From a virus (lineage: Duplodnaviria > Caudoviricetes), in IMG/VR virus record IMGVR_UViG_2913409695_000001, positions 2,181 through 66,180 of that record: DNA of 64,000 nucleotides, one strand, 5' to 3'. Shown here piece after piece: positions 18,181-27,784 of this stretch. How positions within the stretch are numbered: position 1 is the first letter of the stretch; the number at the start of each line of letters is the position of its first letter. The translations under genes and the position numbers were made by a program. The notes beneath the pieces are model-generated. The model was not told the origin of the DNA. It saw nothing but the letters and a program-made list of their open reading frames with translations, and did no database searches.

Positions 18181-20496
18181 ATCAACGTACCTACACTTGT
18201 AACCAAACCGAATAACCGCCAGATGGCGTATGAGCCTGAGCGTATTACCGCGTACGCCAACCGTGTACTTTCCGGCCTCACCAACGTTAACCGTGAGCGC
18301 CTTGTACGCGGAGTATTGTCGAAGATACAGCGCGAATCCATATCAGCGGAGGATATTACGCAGGCGTTCATTATGTCAGCGCTCGAGCTCGTATCACGTG
18401 AGGAACCGGAATGGAAATACGCGGCCGCCCGCGCTCTGTTAACGTCGCTATACAAGAAGGCTGCGGTTAATCGGCGTTATAAATCGTACACGGACCGTCC
18501 GTATGGCGCATTCTATCCGATGGTCGCGGACATGGTACAGCGCGGTCTCTATCGCGAGGAATTAACGCAAGCCTATACGAAGGAGCAAATCGAGGAGCTC
18601 GGCGCAGTTATCGATCCGTCGCGCGACTTACTCTTCGACTATATCGGACTCCTCACGTTGGCTGAGCGTTATTTGACGGGCGACTTCGACGGTAAGACCG
18701 TTGAGCTTCCGCAGGAGCGTTATATGGTAATCGCTATGTTCCTAATGCACACGGAACCGGAAGATAAGCGGATGGAACTCGTTAAGGAAGCGTACTGGGC
18801 GATGAGCAATCTGTATATGACAGCGGCGACTCCGACCATGTCTAACGCGGGTAAAGCAACGGGCGGTCAACTATCATCGTGCTTTATTGATACCGTGGAC
18901 GATTCGCTAGAAGGCATATTCGATTCTAATACGGACGTTGCACGTCTAAGTAAAATGGGCGGCGGTATCGGCGTCTATCTTGGTAAAGTACGGGCACGCG
19001 GATCAGACATTCGCGGACATAAAAACACAAGCTCAGGCGTTATTCCATGGATTCGCCAGCTTAATAATACGGCCGTTAGCGTGGATCAACTAGGAACACG
19101 CAAGGGTGCGATCTCCGTTTATCTCGACGTATTCCATAAAGACATTCTAGCGTTCCTCGACCTCAAGCTAAATAACGGAGACGAACGGTTGAGAGCGCAC
19201 GATATATTTCATGGCGTGTGTATTCCGGATTTGTTTATGGAAGCGGTAGAAGCTCGCGCAGATTGGACGCTATTCTGTCCGCATGAAGTCCGCTCACTCT
19301 TCGGATGGGGACTCGAAGACTTCTACGATGAGAGCGTAGGTAGCGGATCATTCCGAGAGAAGTACGCCGAAGCCGTAGCGCATCCGTTACTTCCGCGAAT
19401 TACCGTGCCGGCAATCGATATTATGAAGCGGATTATGAAATCGCAGCTCGAAACGGGAACCCCGTATATGTTTTATCGCGATACGGTTAACCGCGCGAAC
19501 CCGAATAGCCACCGTGGAATGATTTATTCGTCCAATCTGTGTACGGAGATCATGCAGAACCAATCGCCAACCGTTACCGAATCGGAAGAGCTCGTTACGA
19601 AAGACGGACAGACGCGCATCGTTATTACGAAGATTCCGGGCGACTTCGTTGTCTGTAACTTGAACTCGATTAACCTAGCGCGGGCTATTCCGGACGATAT
19701 ACTAGAACGTTTGATTCCGATTCAGGTCCGCATGCTCGATAACGTGATCGATATCAATAACATCGAAATTCTACAAGCGCAGCATACGAATCAGCAATAT
19801 CGCGCGGTCGGCCTCGGCACGTTCGGACTTCACCATTTACTCGCGCTGAAAGGTATCCGTTGGGAATCCGACGAAGCGGTCGCGTATAACGACGAATTGT
19901 ACGAGCGTATTAATTACCTCGCGATTAAAGCGAGCGCTGAGTTGGCGAAAGAGAAAGGCGCTTACCCTGCGTTCGAGGGGAGCGATTGGCAAACGGGTAA
20001 TTATTTCATGAAACGTTATACGGAGGAGTCCGACGACGGCGAGGTACTAAGCATGGACGGAATGTGGCACGATCTAATGCTCGAAGTAAGGGGCGGCGGT
20101 ATCCGCAACGGTTATCTTATAGCGGTAGCACCAAACGGATCAACGTCCATCATCGCGGGGTCAACCGCAAGTATCGATCCGATATACGAGCAGTTATCGT
20201 ACGAGGAGAAGACAACGTATAAGATTGCGAATCCAGCGCCGGACCTTTCGCCTAAAACGATATGGTTTTATAAAACCGCGTTTACAATCGATCAACACTG
20301 GTCTATTAAAGCGGCGGCTGCACGTCAGCGTCACATTGACCAAGCGCAGTCATTTAACTTATACGTTACGCCGGATATTAAGGCGTCGGCATTCTTAGCG
20401 TTACATATTGACGCGTGGAAAAGCGGTGTGAAATCGACGTATTACGTTAGGAGTCGCGCGTTAACGATCGAAGAGTGCGAGAGCTGCGCGTCTTAA
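18181..20496 (+). CDS. nrdA: ribonucleotide reductase class I alpha subunit with ATP cone (probable ATC start)
   Basis: ATPTMSNAG, LSSCF, GGGIG, SNLCTEI, VCNLNS, APNGS, C-terminal CESCAS. Confidence 0.95.
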   Translation: MNVPTLVTKPNNRQMAYEPERITAYANRVLSGLTNVNRERLVRGVLSKIQRESISAEDITQAFIMSALELVSREEPEWKYAAARALLTSLYKKAAVNRRYKSYTDRPYGAFYPMVADMVQRGLYREELTQAYTKEQIEELGAVIDPSRDLLFDYIGLLTLAERYLTGDFDGKTVELPQERYMVIAMFLMHTEPEDKRMELVKEAYWAMSNLYMTAATPTMSNAGKATGGQLSSCFIDTVDDSLEGIFDSNTDVARLSKMGGGIGVYLGKVRARGSDIRGHKNTSSGVIPWIRQLNNTAVSVDQLGTRKGAISVYLDVFHKDILAFLDLKLNNGDERLRAHDIFHGVCIPDLFMEAVEARADWTLFCPHEVRSLFGWGLEDFYDESVGSGSFREKYAEAVAHPLLPRITVPAIDIMKRIMKSQLETGTPYMFYRDTVNRANPNSHRGMIYSSNLCTEIMQNQSPTVTESEELVTKDGQTRIVITKIPGDFVVCNLNSINLARAIPDDILERLIPIQVRMLDNVIDINNIEILQAQHTNQQYRAVGLGTFGLHHLLALKGIRWESDEAVAYNDELYERINYLAIKASAELAKEKGAYPAFEGSDWQTGNYFMKRYTEESDDGEVLSMDGMWHDLMLEVRGGGIRNGYLIAVAPNGSTSIIAGSTASIDPIYEQLSYEEKTTYKIANPAPDLSPKTIWFYKTAFTIDQHWSIKAAAARQRHIDQAQSFNLYVTPDIKASAFLALHIDAWKSGVKSTYYVRSRALTIEECESCAS

Positions 20497-20520
20497 TATA
20501 TACGAAAAGGGAGCGATTAT

Positions 20521-21552
20521 TTGCGTCTACAAACGATATTCAACACGGAAGCGCCGAATAAATCAACGCGGATTATTAACGGGGAAAACTCCGGCATTCT
20601 AAACTGGAACGATATCCGTATGCCGCATATGTATAAGCTGTATAAAGTCCTGCTGCTCAATCACTGGATCGCGGATGAGATTCCGATGTCTAAGGATGCG
20701 CAGCAGTTTCCGACGCTTGATCCGGAAGAACAGCGCACGTTTAAGATAAACATATCGTTACTAGCCGTTCTCGATTCGATGCAGACGATGTTCGTCGGCG
20801 ATGTTAAGCGTTATTTTACGGATAGCTCACTCGAAGCAATATCCGCAATTATCGGGCAGCAAGAAGTCGTCCACAATCAATCGTATTCATACGTATTGTC
20901 ATCGATAGTTTCCGACAAGGAACAGCGCGAGATATTCGAATACTGGAAACATGATCCGGTATTACTCGAACGGAATACGTTTATCAGCGGTATCTACCAA
21001 GCGTTCCGCGACGATCCGAATCCGCAGACGTTTTTCCAGGCGATGGTCGCCGACCTTATCCTCGAAGGCATTTTCTTCTACAGTACATTTGCGTTCTTCT
21101 ACAACTTGGCGCGCGATCAGAAGATGATGGGGACGTCGCAAATGGTATCTTATATACAAAGAGACGAGAACCAACACTGCTATTTCTTCGCGGAAGTATT
21201 CAAGCAGCTACTAGCGGATTTTCCGGAGCTCGACACGCAGGCTAACCGCTATTACGTATACGCGACGATTGACCGCGCCGTCGAACTCGAAACGAATTGG
21301 GCGCATTATACGCTCGCTAACGTACGCGGCATCGATTTAACGGAGTTGTCCGCTTACATCCGTTACATGGCGAATAGTCGCCTGCGGCTAATGGGGCTCG
21401 ATAAAGCGTACACCGGCGTCGATACGAATCCGATGCCGTGGATTCGTCCGTTTAGTGACGATGCGCTTAACGCAACGAAAACGGATTTCTTCGAAGGGAA
21501 ATCGCGTAACTACGGTAAGGTATCGGACGATAACGGATTCGACGATTTATAA
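20521..21552 (+). CDS. nrdB: ribonucleotide reductase class I beta subunit
   Basis: WIADEI, QEVVHNQSY, LEGIFFY, RDENQH, TKTDFFE. Confidence 0.95.
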   Translation: MRLQTIFNTEAPNKSTRIINGENSGILNWNDIRMPHMYKLYKVLLLNHWIADEIPMSKDAQQFPTLDPEEQRTFKINISLLAVLDSMQTMFVGDVKRYFTDSSLEAISAIIGQQEVVHNQSYSYVLSSIVSDKEQREIFEYWKHDPVLLERNTFISGIYQAFRDDPNPQTFFQAMVADLILEGIFFYSTFAFFYNLARDQKMMGTSQMVSYIQRDENQHCYFFAEVFKQLLADFPELDTQANRYYVYATIDRAVELETNWAHYTLANVRGIDLTELSAYIRYMANSRLRLMGLDKAYTGVDTNPMPWIRPFSDDALNATKTDFFEGKSRNYGKVSDDNGFDDL

Positions 21553-21558
21553 GTAACG

Positions 21559-21594
21559 AAAGCGGAGGGCCTGCGATGGTCTTCCGCTTTTTTT
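21559..21594 (+). terminator. intrinsic terminator
   Basis: AAAGCGGAGGGCC / GGTCTTCCGCTTT stem plus T run. Confidence 0.75.
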
Positions 21595-21601
21595 ATTATC
21601 G

Positions 21602-21633
21602 ATGTCCCAAAACGCGAATGTTCTGTCCGTATA
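21602..21633 (+). promoter_or_regulatory. second copy of ATGTCCCAA-N13-TGTCCGTATA
   Basis: Directly after a terminator, upstream of the phoH-dut-thyX operon. Confidence 0.55.
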
Positions 21634-21673
21634 AAAGTGTAAGACGAAATAACACGGAAAGGAGGCGGAGACT

Positions 21674-21829
21674 ATACGCATATTATTCGGATTTTCTGCG
21701 CTATGGTGGGCGTTAATTTTCATTCTGTTTATTACCGGAGTGTATACGCCAAGCGCGGTTGTAATCGGAATCGGCATGTTGAACTCGGTACTATTATTCG
21801 CAACGCAAGCGCTTGATCGCGACAAATAA
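21674..21829 (+). CDS. small membrane protein (probable ATA start)
   Basis: GGAGG 8 nt before ATA; RILFGFSALWWALIFILFITG... Confidence 0.5.
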   Translation: MRILFGFSALWWALIFILFITGVYTPSAVVIGIGMLNSVLLFATQALDRDK

Positions 21830-21850
21830 ACGGAGGAGGTATACGTATCT

Positions 21851-22504
21851 ATGCCGCTACCAAAAGATTCGATGTTTTTCGGATTCGCTGATAAATTGAC
21901 GGACGAGCAGCGCCGTTACGTTGACTCTATCTTCGATAACCGTATCACCTTCGTCAATGCGCGTGCCGGAACCGGTAAGACTACGTTGGCCGTCGCCGCT
22001 GCGAAGCTTCTCGGCAAGCCGCTCGTCTACGTAATCAGTCCGGTCGAAGAGAAGCGGATGGGCTTCTTGCCCGGCGATCTGAAAGCGAAAGAGTCCGTTT
22101 ACTTCTCACCGTTAGAGGACGCGTTATACGAAATCGGCGAGGACCCACGCAGGGTTATTTACGACAAAGACAACGTAGAAGCGCAGAAACGCGGCGACGT
22201 GTGGGTGTATCCGAAATCTCACGTTTATGTACGTGGCACGAACGTAAAAGGGAAAATGGTCATCATTTCGGAGGCGCAAAACTTTACGCGCGGCGAGCTT
22301 AAAAAAGTTTTAACACGTTTGCACGATGACTGTAGGGTTATCGTTGAAGGGCACGCGGATCAATGCGATTTGCCCGACCCGAAAAAGTCCGGATTCGTCC
22401 CGTACCTCGAACATTTCCGCAATCAACCGTACGCGAACGTCTGCGATTTGACCGTTAATTTCCGCGGGGAGTTGGCGCAACATGCGGATGCGCTGAAATG
22501 GTAA
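21851..22504 (+). CDS. phoH: PhoH-family ATPase
   Basis: AGTGKT, MGFLPGDL, RGTN, ISEAQNFT, LTRL, QCDL. Confidence 0.9.
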   Translation: MPLPKDSMFFGFADKLTDEQRRYVDSIFDNRITFVNARAGTGKTTLAVAAAKLLGKPLVYVISPVEEKRMGFLPGDLKAKESVYFSPLEDALYEIGEDPRRVIYDKDNVEAQKRGDVWVYPKSHVYVRGTNVKGKMVIISEAQNFTRGELKKVLTRLHDDCRVIVEGHADQCDLPDPKKSGFVPYLEHFRNQPYANVCDLTVNFRGELAQHADALKW

Positions 22505-22529
22505 AAATTCCGAAAGGGTGTGCGTTAAG

Positions 22530-22889
22530 GTGAACGACAAACTGGATACTATTTTCGAGATGCAAAAACGTCTTGATGCCCGAATTATAGAAGAGCGCGG
22601 AGTTAATAAGACGGTCGACGAGTGGGTGGTGGGAATCACGCTCGCTATGGAATCGGAAATAGACGAAATCCGACGTGAGGTTAACTGGAAGTGGTGGAAG
22701 AATCCGAAGGAGATCGATTCGGTCGCACTCAAAGACGAGGTTATCGATATGTGGCATTTCCTTGTAAGCCTATCCGATAAGGTCGGTTTAACTCCGCAAG
22801 ACGTACTCGACGTTTATATTGCTAAGAACGCGGAGAATCATTCAAGGCAGACCGGTACGAGTGAGAAGGAAGGGTACGCCATTGGGTAA
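22530..22889 (+). CDS. dut: dimeric all-alpha dUTPase
   Basis: ESEIDE...NWKWWK...DEVIDMWHF...KNAENHSRQ. Confidence 0.85.
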   Translation: MNDKLDTIFEMQKRLDARIIEERGVNKTVDEWVVGITLAMESEIDEIRREVNWKWWKNPKEIDSVALKDEVIDMWHFLVSLSDKVGLTPQDVLDVYIAKNAENHSRQTGTSEKEGYAIG

Positions 22890-23493
22890 ACCTGCCCCTG
22901 ACGTTGGGGTGACCTGTGAAATTTGTGGTAAGAGGGAGACGGTAAAGCCAGGCAGAGCTAAGTCCTACAGGACATGCTCTATTAACTGTAGGGCATCGCT
23001 ATCAAGTAGGACGCTTACAAATAAAGTCTCCTTAATATGTGAGGTGTGCGGGGAGGAGTTTTACAGCAAGCCTTCTGGTGCGTATAGGAGAAAGTGTTGC
23101 AGCATGTCATGTTCCAAGCAATACCGAAAAGTAAAATACGCCGGTGAGAATAACCCAAATTATGGTAATAGGGGCGAAAAGTGTGCCGCATGGCGTGGGG
23201 GTAGAAAGGTCTCCAACTACGGATATGTCCTCATACATATGCCAAAGCATCCTAATGTACGGCCAGATGGATACGTACTTGAACACAGGTTAGTGATGGC
23301 TGAGCACTTAGGTAGACCCCTGAAGGATGATGAGATCGTTCACCACAAGGACGAGAACAAGCAGAATAATGCGATCGAAAACCTTGAAATCATGACCTTG
23401 CCCGAGCACCAAAGACTGCACAATAGGCTCAGAAGTGAGTTACGCCAAGTGACCCGAGATCAGTTAGGCAGATTTATCAAAAAGGAGGCATAA
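22882..23493 (+). CDS. free-standing HNH homing endonuclease
   Basis: Two CxxC...CSxxC repeats; GENNPNY; YVLEHRLVM...VHHKDENKQNN..ENL. Confidence 0.85.
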   Translation: MGKPAPDVGVTCEICGKRETVKPGRAKSYRTCSINCRASLSSRTLTNKVSLICEVCGEEFYSKPSGAYRRKCCSMSCSKQYRKVKYAGENNPNYGNRGEKCAAWRGGRKVSNYGYVLIHMPKHPNVRPDGYVLEHRLVMAEHLGRPLKDDEIVHHKDENKQNNAIENLEIMTLPEHQRLHNRLRSELRQVTRDQLGRFIKKEA

Positions 23494-23498
23494 AACAA

Positions 23499-23627
23499 GT
23501 GACGCAATTTTTGCTCGCACATCCGATACTATTTTCGATACTGGCGATATATGCAATCACGGCATTATTCAACGTGGGCGTAGCGTTCGCTAACGCATTC
23601 GCTTACCGCAAGGAGGACGAAAATTGA
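23499..23627 (+). CDS. small membrane peptide (42 aa)
   Basis: AAGGAGG SD, GTG; hydrophobic LFSILAIYAITALFNV. Confidence 0.45.
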   Translation: MTQFLLAHPILFSILAIYAITALFNVGVAFANAFAYRKEDEN

Positions 23628-24421
23628 ACGTTAAACTAATCGCAAACACGGCGCTATCAACGGAATTTCTCGAAAGTATTCATCCAATCGGGGAGCCCGT
23701 TGGTGTAAATGAACGCGCGGCCATCGCACTCACCGCTATCCGTACGTGCTACTCTCCGCTCAAACCGACGGAAATTATCGTAAAGGAAGGCGCTAAATAC
23801 TTCGGTCAATCCGCGTCAGACGGCGAAAGTGGTACGGAGGCCGACCGGTTGTTCCGCCACATTACGCGGTCAGGTCACAAATCCACGTTGGAGCACATCA
23901 CGTACACGTTCGCAATCGAAGGCGTAAGCCGTGCGTTACTTGCGCAGTTAACACGCCACCGTCACCTATCGTTTAGCGTGCAGAGTCAACGTTATGTACG
24001 GTTCGGTAGCGCGGATAAGAGCGGTGGATTCGATTACGTTAAACCTCCGTCACTGGATGGTAAGACAACGGATGGCCACCGGCTTGTCAGATTTGATGAA
24101 GAGAAAGGCGAGAGTATATGGCGTGACTTAACGGCGAACGACGTGTTTGTTGAGGCTATGCGCGATATTCAAGCGAGTTATGACCGCTTACGTCGCGCGG
24201 GAGTTCCGGCCGAAGATGCCCGCATGGTCTTACCGAACGCCGCAACGTGTAATCTCGTAATGACCGGAAATCTGCGTACGTTCCTCGATTTTTACGCGAA
24301 GAGACGTCCGGGCAACGGCGCGCAGTGGGAAATCGCAGACTTAGCGGTTAAGCTACGCGATGAGATCGTAGAGGTTGATCCGTGGTTGGCTCCGTATTTC
24401 GACGAAAAGGAGGCGGCATAG
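23624..24421 (+). CDS. thyX: FAD-dependent thymidylate synthase
   Basis: GHKSTLEH; QLTRHRHLSFSVQSQRY; EDARMVLP; AQWEI. Confidence 0.95.
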   Translation: MNVKLIANTALSTEFLESIHPIGEPVGVNERAAIALTAIRTCYSPLKPTEIIVKEGAKYFGQSASDGESGTEADRLFRHITRSGHKSTLEHITYTFAIEGVSRALLAQLTRHRHLSFSVQSQRYVRFGSADKSGGFDYVKPPSLDGKTTDGHRLVRFDEEKGESIWRDLTANDVFVEAMRDIQASYDRLRRAGVPAEDARMVLPNAATCNLVMTGNLRTFLDFYAKRRPGNGAQWEIADLAVKLRDEIVEVDPWLAPYFDEKEAA

Positions 24422-24655
24422 TTGGCGGAAGTTATCGCATTCCCAAACGAAATCGCCGCGCAACTTGAAACGCTAGCCGACCGCGCTAGAAACGCAGAAA
24501 TCACCGGAGTTATCGTCGGGGTCATCCGCAGCGATGGCCGTATTGAAACGATATCGATCGGCGCGAACTTGTACGAGCGCGGTACGATGATAACGGCGTT
24601 GCAAGATGCGCGGACGGTCGCACTAATTGACGAAATTATTATCGAAGGAGAGTGA
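24422..24655 (+). CDS. hypothetical protein
   Basis: AAGGAGG SD, TTG start. Confidence 0.6.
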   Translation: MAEVIAFPNEIAAQLETLADRARNAEITGVIVGVIRSDGRIETISIGANLYERGTMITALQDARTVALIDEIIIEGE

Positions 24656-24659
24656 CGCA

Positions 24660-25253
24660 ATGATAGACGGAAGAAAAGCGATTGTGACGAATAAAGGTAA
24701 AGAGTATACGACGTATAAAGGTTTCGCTAATCAACTCGGATATCCAGAAGCTGCCGCATTTTCTGACTCCTCTGACGTTAGGAAAAAACTTCGAAATGGT
24801 GACGAGGTTACGCTGATAGTAAGTGGCGAACACCCTTACGATAGAGATCGTCTAATTTGGGTTATTGAGTCTGGTAATGGAGAAAAACACCTGATTGGGG
24901 GAGCCGGACTCAGCATTCAGCCACATACTCCGCGCACACTCCTCGCCACCAAACGCGCCCAACTCGCACAGTTAACCGCAGAAATCGCGCAGATCGAAGC
25001 GGAACTCACGATTAAGCCCGGCGATTGGGTACGCGTAATTTACCGTAGCCATCACGACGCCTTCTCGGACGGTGACATTGTACGCGTTGTCTTAACGGAC
25101 ACCACAAACATCCCTTACAACGTCGTATCCTTCGATGGTAAAATGTCCGATTGGACCACCGCAGATTCCGTTGTCAAAATCACGCCGACTGAAGCCAAAG
25201 CCGCACTCCTCGCCGAAATCGAAGCGTTGTTTAATCCGCAGGAGGTCGCGTAG
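24660..25253 (+). CDS. hypothetical protein with C-terminal KOW/SH3-like module
   Basis: IKPGDWVRV...GDIVRVV. Confidence 0.6.
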   Translation: MIDGRKAIVTNKGKEYTTYKGFANQLGYPEAAAFSDSSDVRKKLRNGDEVTLIVSGEHPYDRDRLIWVIESGNGEKHLIGGAGLSIQPHTPRTLLATKRAQLAQLTAEIAQIEAELTIKPGDWVRVIYRSHHDAFSDGDIVRVVLTDTTNIPYNVVSFDGKMSDWTTADSVVKITPTEAKAALLAEIEALFNPQEVA

Positions 25254-25300
25254 CAAACGCGAATATTTGGCGCACCGCTTACGGACTCTTTATCACGTTA

Positions 25301-25750
25301 TTGATCGCGATTATCGAACCGGAAGTCTCGGCAAAACAGGCAATTGTCGATCCTTCTTCTAAAATCGTTAAATCTCCGCAAGTAACCGCAAAGTCTGCGG
25401 AAGCGTGCAAAGACGGAGCGGAAGCGCAGTGGGCACCGTTCGAGGCGACCGCTTATATCGCGATGTGCGACGAAGGTTGCACCGGCATTACACGGTCAGG
25501 CTATGACGTGAGGGAAACGCAATATTACGATGGCTACCGCGTCATTGCGGTCGATCCGGACGTTATCACGCTCGGCTCGGTCGTAACGGTGCGGTTGGAT
25601 AACGGATACGAGTTCGAGGCGATTGCGCTCGATACGGGCGGCGGAATTGATGGGCGCGAGATTGACGTATTGACGGCGGATAGGGATAGCGCAATGCAAT
25701 TCGGGAGGCAAACGGTACAAATAAAAATTAACGGTGAGGGAGCGGATTGA
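25301..25750 (+). CDS. 3D-domain peptidoglycan-binding/lytic protein
   Basis: FEATAY...TGIT..G...IAVDP.VI.LGS...ALDTGGGI.G..IDV; start uncertain. Confidence 0.8.
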   Translation: MIAIIEPEVSAKQAIVDPSSKIVKSPQVTAKSAEACKDGAEAQWAPFEATAYIAMCDEGCTGITRSGYDVRETQYYDGYRVIAVDPDVITLGSVVTVRLDNGYEFEAIALDTGGGIDGREIDVLTADRDSAMQFGRQTVQIKINGEGAD

Positions 25751-27022
25751 ATGAACGAACAAATTACGGTATTGAAAGACGAATCACTCGGCGGTGTGTT
25801 GCGGGAATATCGCGAGGTTAAGCGGAAGGCGACCGTTGGGGAACGGATTAAGATCGTAGCCGCATGGTCTACGGAGGGTATGTACGATAACGGTGCCATC
25901 CTTACGGTAGACAGTGAAGAATGCGGGAGGATTTACGTTAGCGCGGTCAAAGCTTTCGGTAATTCCAGCGGGTATATTTCCGCGAAAGAATACGTAGTCC
26001 TCGAACCAACGGAAATCCTCGTTATCGACGGTGAAAGATATCGCATGGTCGACCGTAAGGCTACGGTGGGCGAGCGTGTCGTAATTATTAACGCAAGAAT
26101 CGGATACGGATATGAGAACGGAGATATCTACACTATCGTTTCAATCGACCCGAACGGGGATCGCAATATCCAACCGGACGGCACGCAAAATAGCGAAATC
26201 TTCATTGATCCGGATGAATACCGCGTACTCGAACCGGTTGAGTCTGCGCCTTTATCATCGCGTAGTTCGACCGATCAAATCGCGGAAAATATCGCGACAT
26301 TGGCTGCGCGAGTATCAACGCTTGAAGAAACGGTTAGCAAAATAGCGATTCAGCTCCGCGTTGCGCGTGAAGATATCGTATTAATCGAAGAAGGCGTCGC
26401 TGACGATATCGCGCGACTGAATAAGTGTATGGCGCAGAAATCTCCGCAACAGCTCCGCGACGAGATCGTTGAGCGCGCGAAGGCTGACGTTTCAAACCCG
26501 TACAATTTCGCTGGAACACCGATTCCTGGCGATCCTGACGGAATATCGTTTTGGCCCGAAGGTAGTCCGTGTAAAATGCACGACGTTTCCTACGTTGTCA
26601 ATCGGGAAAAGCGCGCAGTAGTCGCTCTTATCCGATGCACGTCTGACGGATTTACGGTGCGAGGCATCGCAAAATGCGCACCGGACGACGTATTCAACGC
26701 GCATATCGGACGCGCGATAGCGCTACGCCGTGCGCTCGGACTCGAAGTTCCTGCGGAATATATGAGCGTGCCGCAGCCAGAGGAGGTTAACGTTGGGGAT
26801 ATCGTTAGAATTAGCGGTAACAGTATGAGAGGCTTTTGCCACCACTATGACAGTGGCGATATAGGACGCGTTAATAGACATGACTCCTCCGTAGGATACG
26901 CGGTTATTGGCGGACTATGTACGAAGGATATTAGACGGAGCAAGCACGGGTACCAACAAGGCGTAGATGACGCTGACTACGTAATTATCGACGACTCGCG
27001 CGAGGAGGTGTCCGCCCAATGA
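25751..27022 (+). CDS. multi-module protein with SH3/KOW-like repeats and coiled coil
   Basis: YREVKRKATVGERIKIV...EYVVLEP twice; AKCAPDDVFNAHIGRAIAL.RA motif. Confidence 0.7.
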   Translation: MNEQITVLKDESLGGVLREYREVKRKATVGERIKIVAAWSTEGMYDNGAILTVDSEECGRIYVSAVKAFGNSSGYISAKEYVVLEPTEILVIDGERYRMVDRKATVGERVVIINARIGYGYENGDIYTIVSIDPNGDRNIQPDGTQNSEIFIDPDEYRVLEPVESAPLSSRSSTDQIAENIATLAARVSTLEETVSKIAIQLRVAREDIVLIEEGVADDIARLNKCMAQKSPQQLRDEIVERAKADVSNPYNFAGTPIPGDPDGISFWPEGSPCKMHDVSYVVNREKRAVVALIRCTSDGFTVRGIAKCAPDDVFNAHIGRAIALRRALGLEVPAEYMSVPQPEEVNVGDIVRISGNSMRGFCHHYDSGDIGRVNRHDSSVGYAVIGGLCTKDIRRSKHGYQQGVDDADYVIIDDSREEVSAQ

Positions 27023-27624
27023 CGTTACTTCGTTCGCTGCCTAATATCGGACTCATCGGCAAGCTTCGCGCAGGCAAAAACGTTGCCGCCGATTACCTCG
27101 CGTCAAAATACGGCTACACGCAGTTCGCTTTCGGCGACGAGCTTAAACGCTATGCTCACGAAATATTCGGAGAGCCAGCGCCGGGTACGAAGCCGCGCGA
27201 GCTCTACCAATGGTTCGGCCAGACGATGCGTGAACGCGATCCGGACGTGTGGGCGCGGAAGTGTCTCGATGCTATCGATTGGCGCGCGAAGGATATTGAG
27301 GCAGCCAACGTATCATGGCGAAGGTTAGTTCCGCAAGGTGCCGACGTCCCATTCCGCGCCGTCATCTCGGACGTACGCCAGCCTAACGAAGCCACCACGC
27401 TATCGTCCGCCGGCTACGTTTTAATCCGCGTCGAAGCACCGGACGCCGTCCGCATCGACCGCGCAATCAAATCCGGCGACACGTTCGCGTACGCCGACCT
27501 TATGCACGGTACCGAAACGGCGCTCGACGCTTACCCTGCGGACTTTACCGTAGACAATGGCGGTAGCTTAGACGAGTTGTATGCGCAGATTGACGCAATT
27601 TTGGAGGTGCTGCGGATTGACTAA
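27019..27624 (+). CDS. deoxynucleoside monophosphate kinase
   Basis: IGLIGKLRAGKN; FAFGDELK; VISDVRQPNE; VDNGGSLDEL. Confidence 0.8.
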   Translation: MTLLRSLPNIGLIGKLRAGKNVAADYLASKYGYTQFAFGDELKRYAHEIFGEPAPGTKPRELYQWFGQTMRERDPDVWARKCLDAIDWRAKDIEAANVSWRRLVPQGADVPFRAVISDVRQPNEATTLSSAGYVLIRVEAPDAVRIDRAIKSGDTFAYADLMHGTETALDAYPADFTVDNGGSLDELYAQIDAILEVLRID

Positions 27625-27784
27625 CGCGCAGGAAGAGTATCGACGCGGCTTCGAGGCCGGATACATGTACGGACGGATTGACGAATTGCAGGGGCGCGAG
27701 TATGACGATCGCACACCGGCTGGACGAACAGGACAAACGGATAAAACAGGCAATTATCCGTTCGTTGAAAAGGAGGCGGTTTAA
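27617..27784 (+). CDS. small hypothetical protein
   Basis: GGAGG SD, TTG start. Confidence 0.45.
   Translation: MTNAQEEYRRGFEAGYMYGRIDELQGREYDDRTPAGRTGQTDKTGNYPFVEKEAV

Noticed and set aside
18181-21552. Introns or inteins in nrdA/nrdB
   Set aside because: Both are uninterrupted and of normal length
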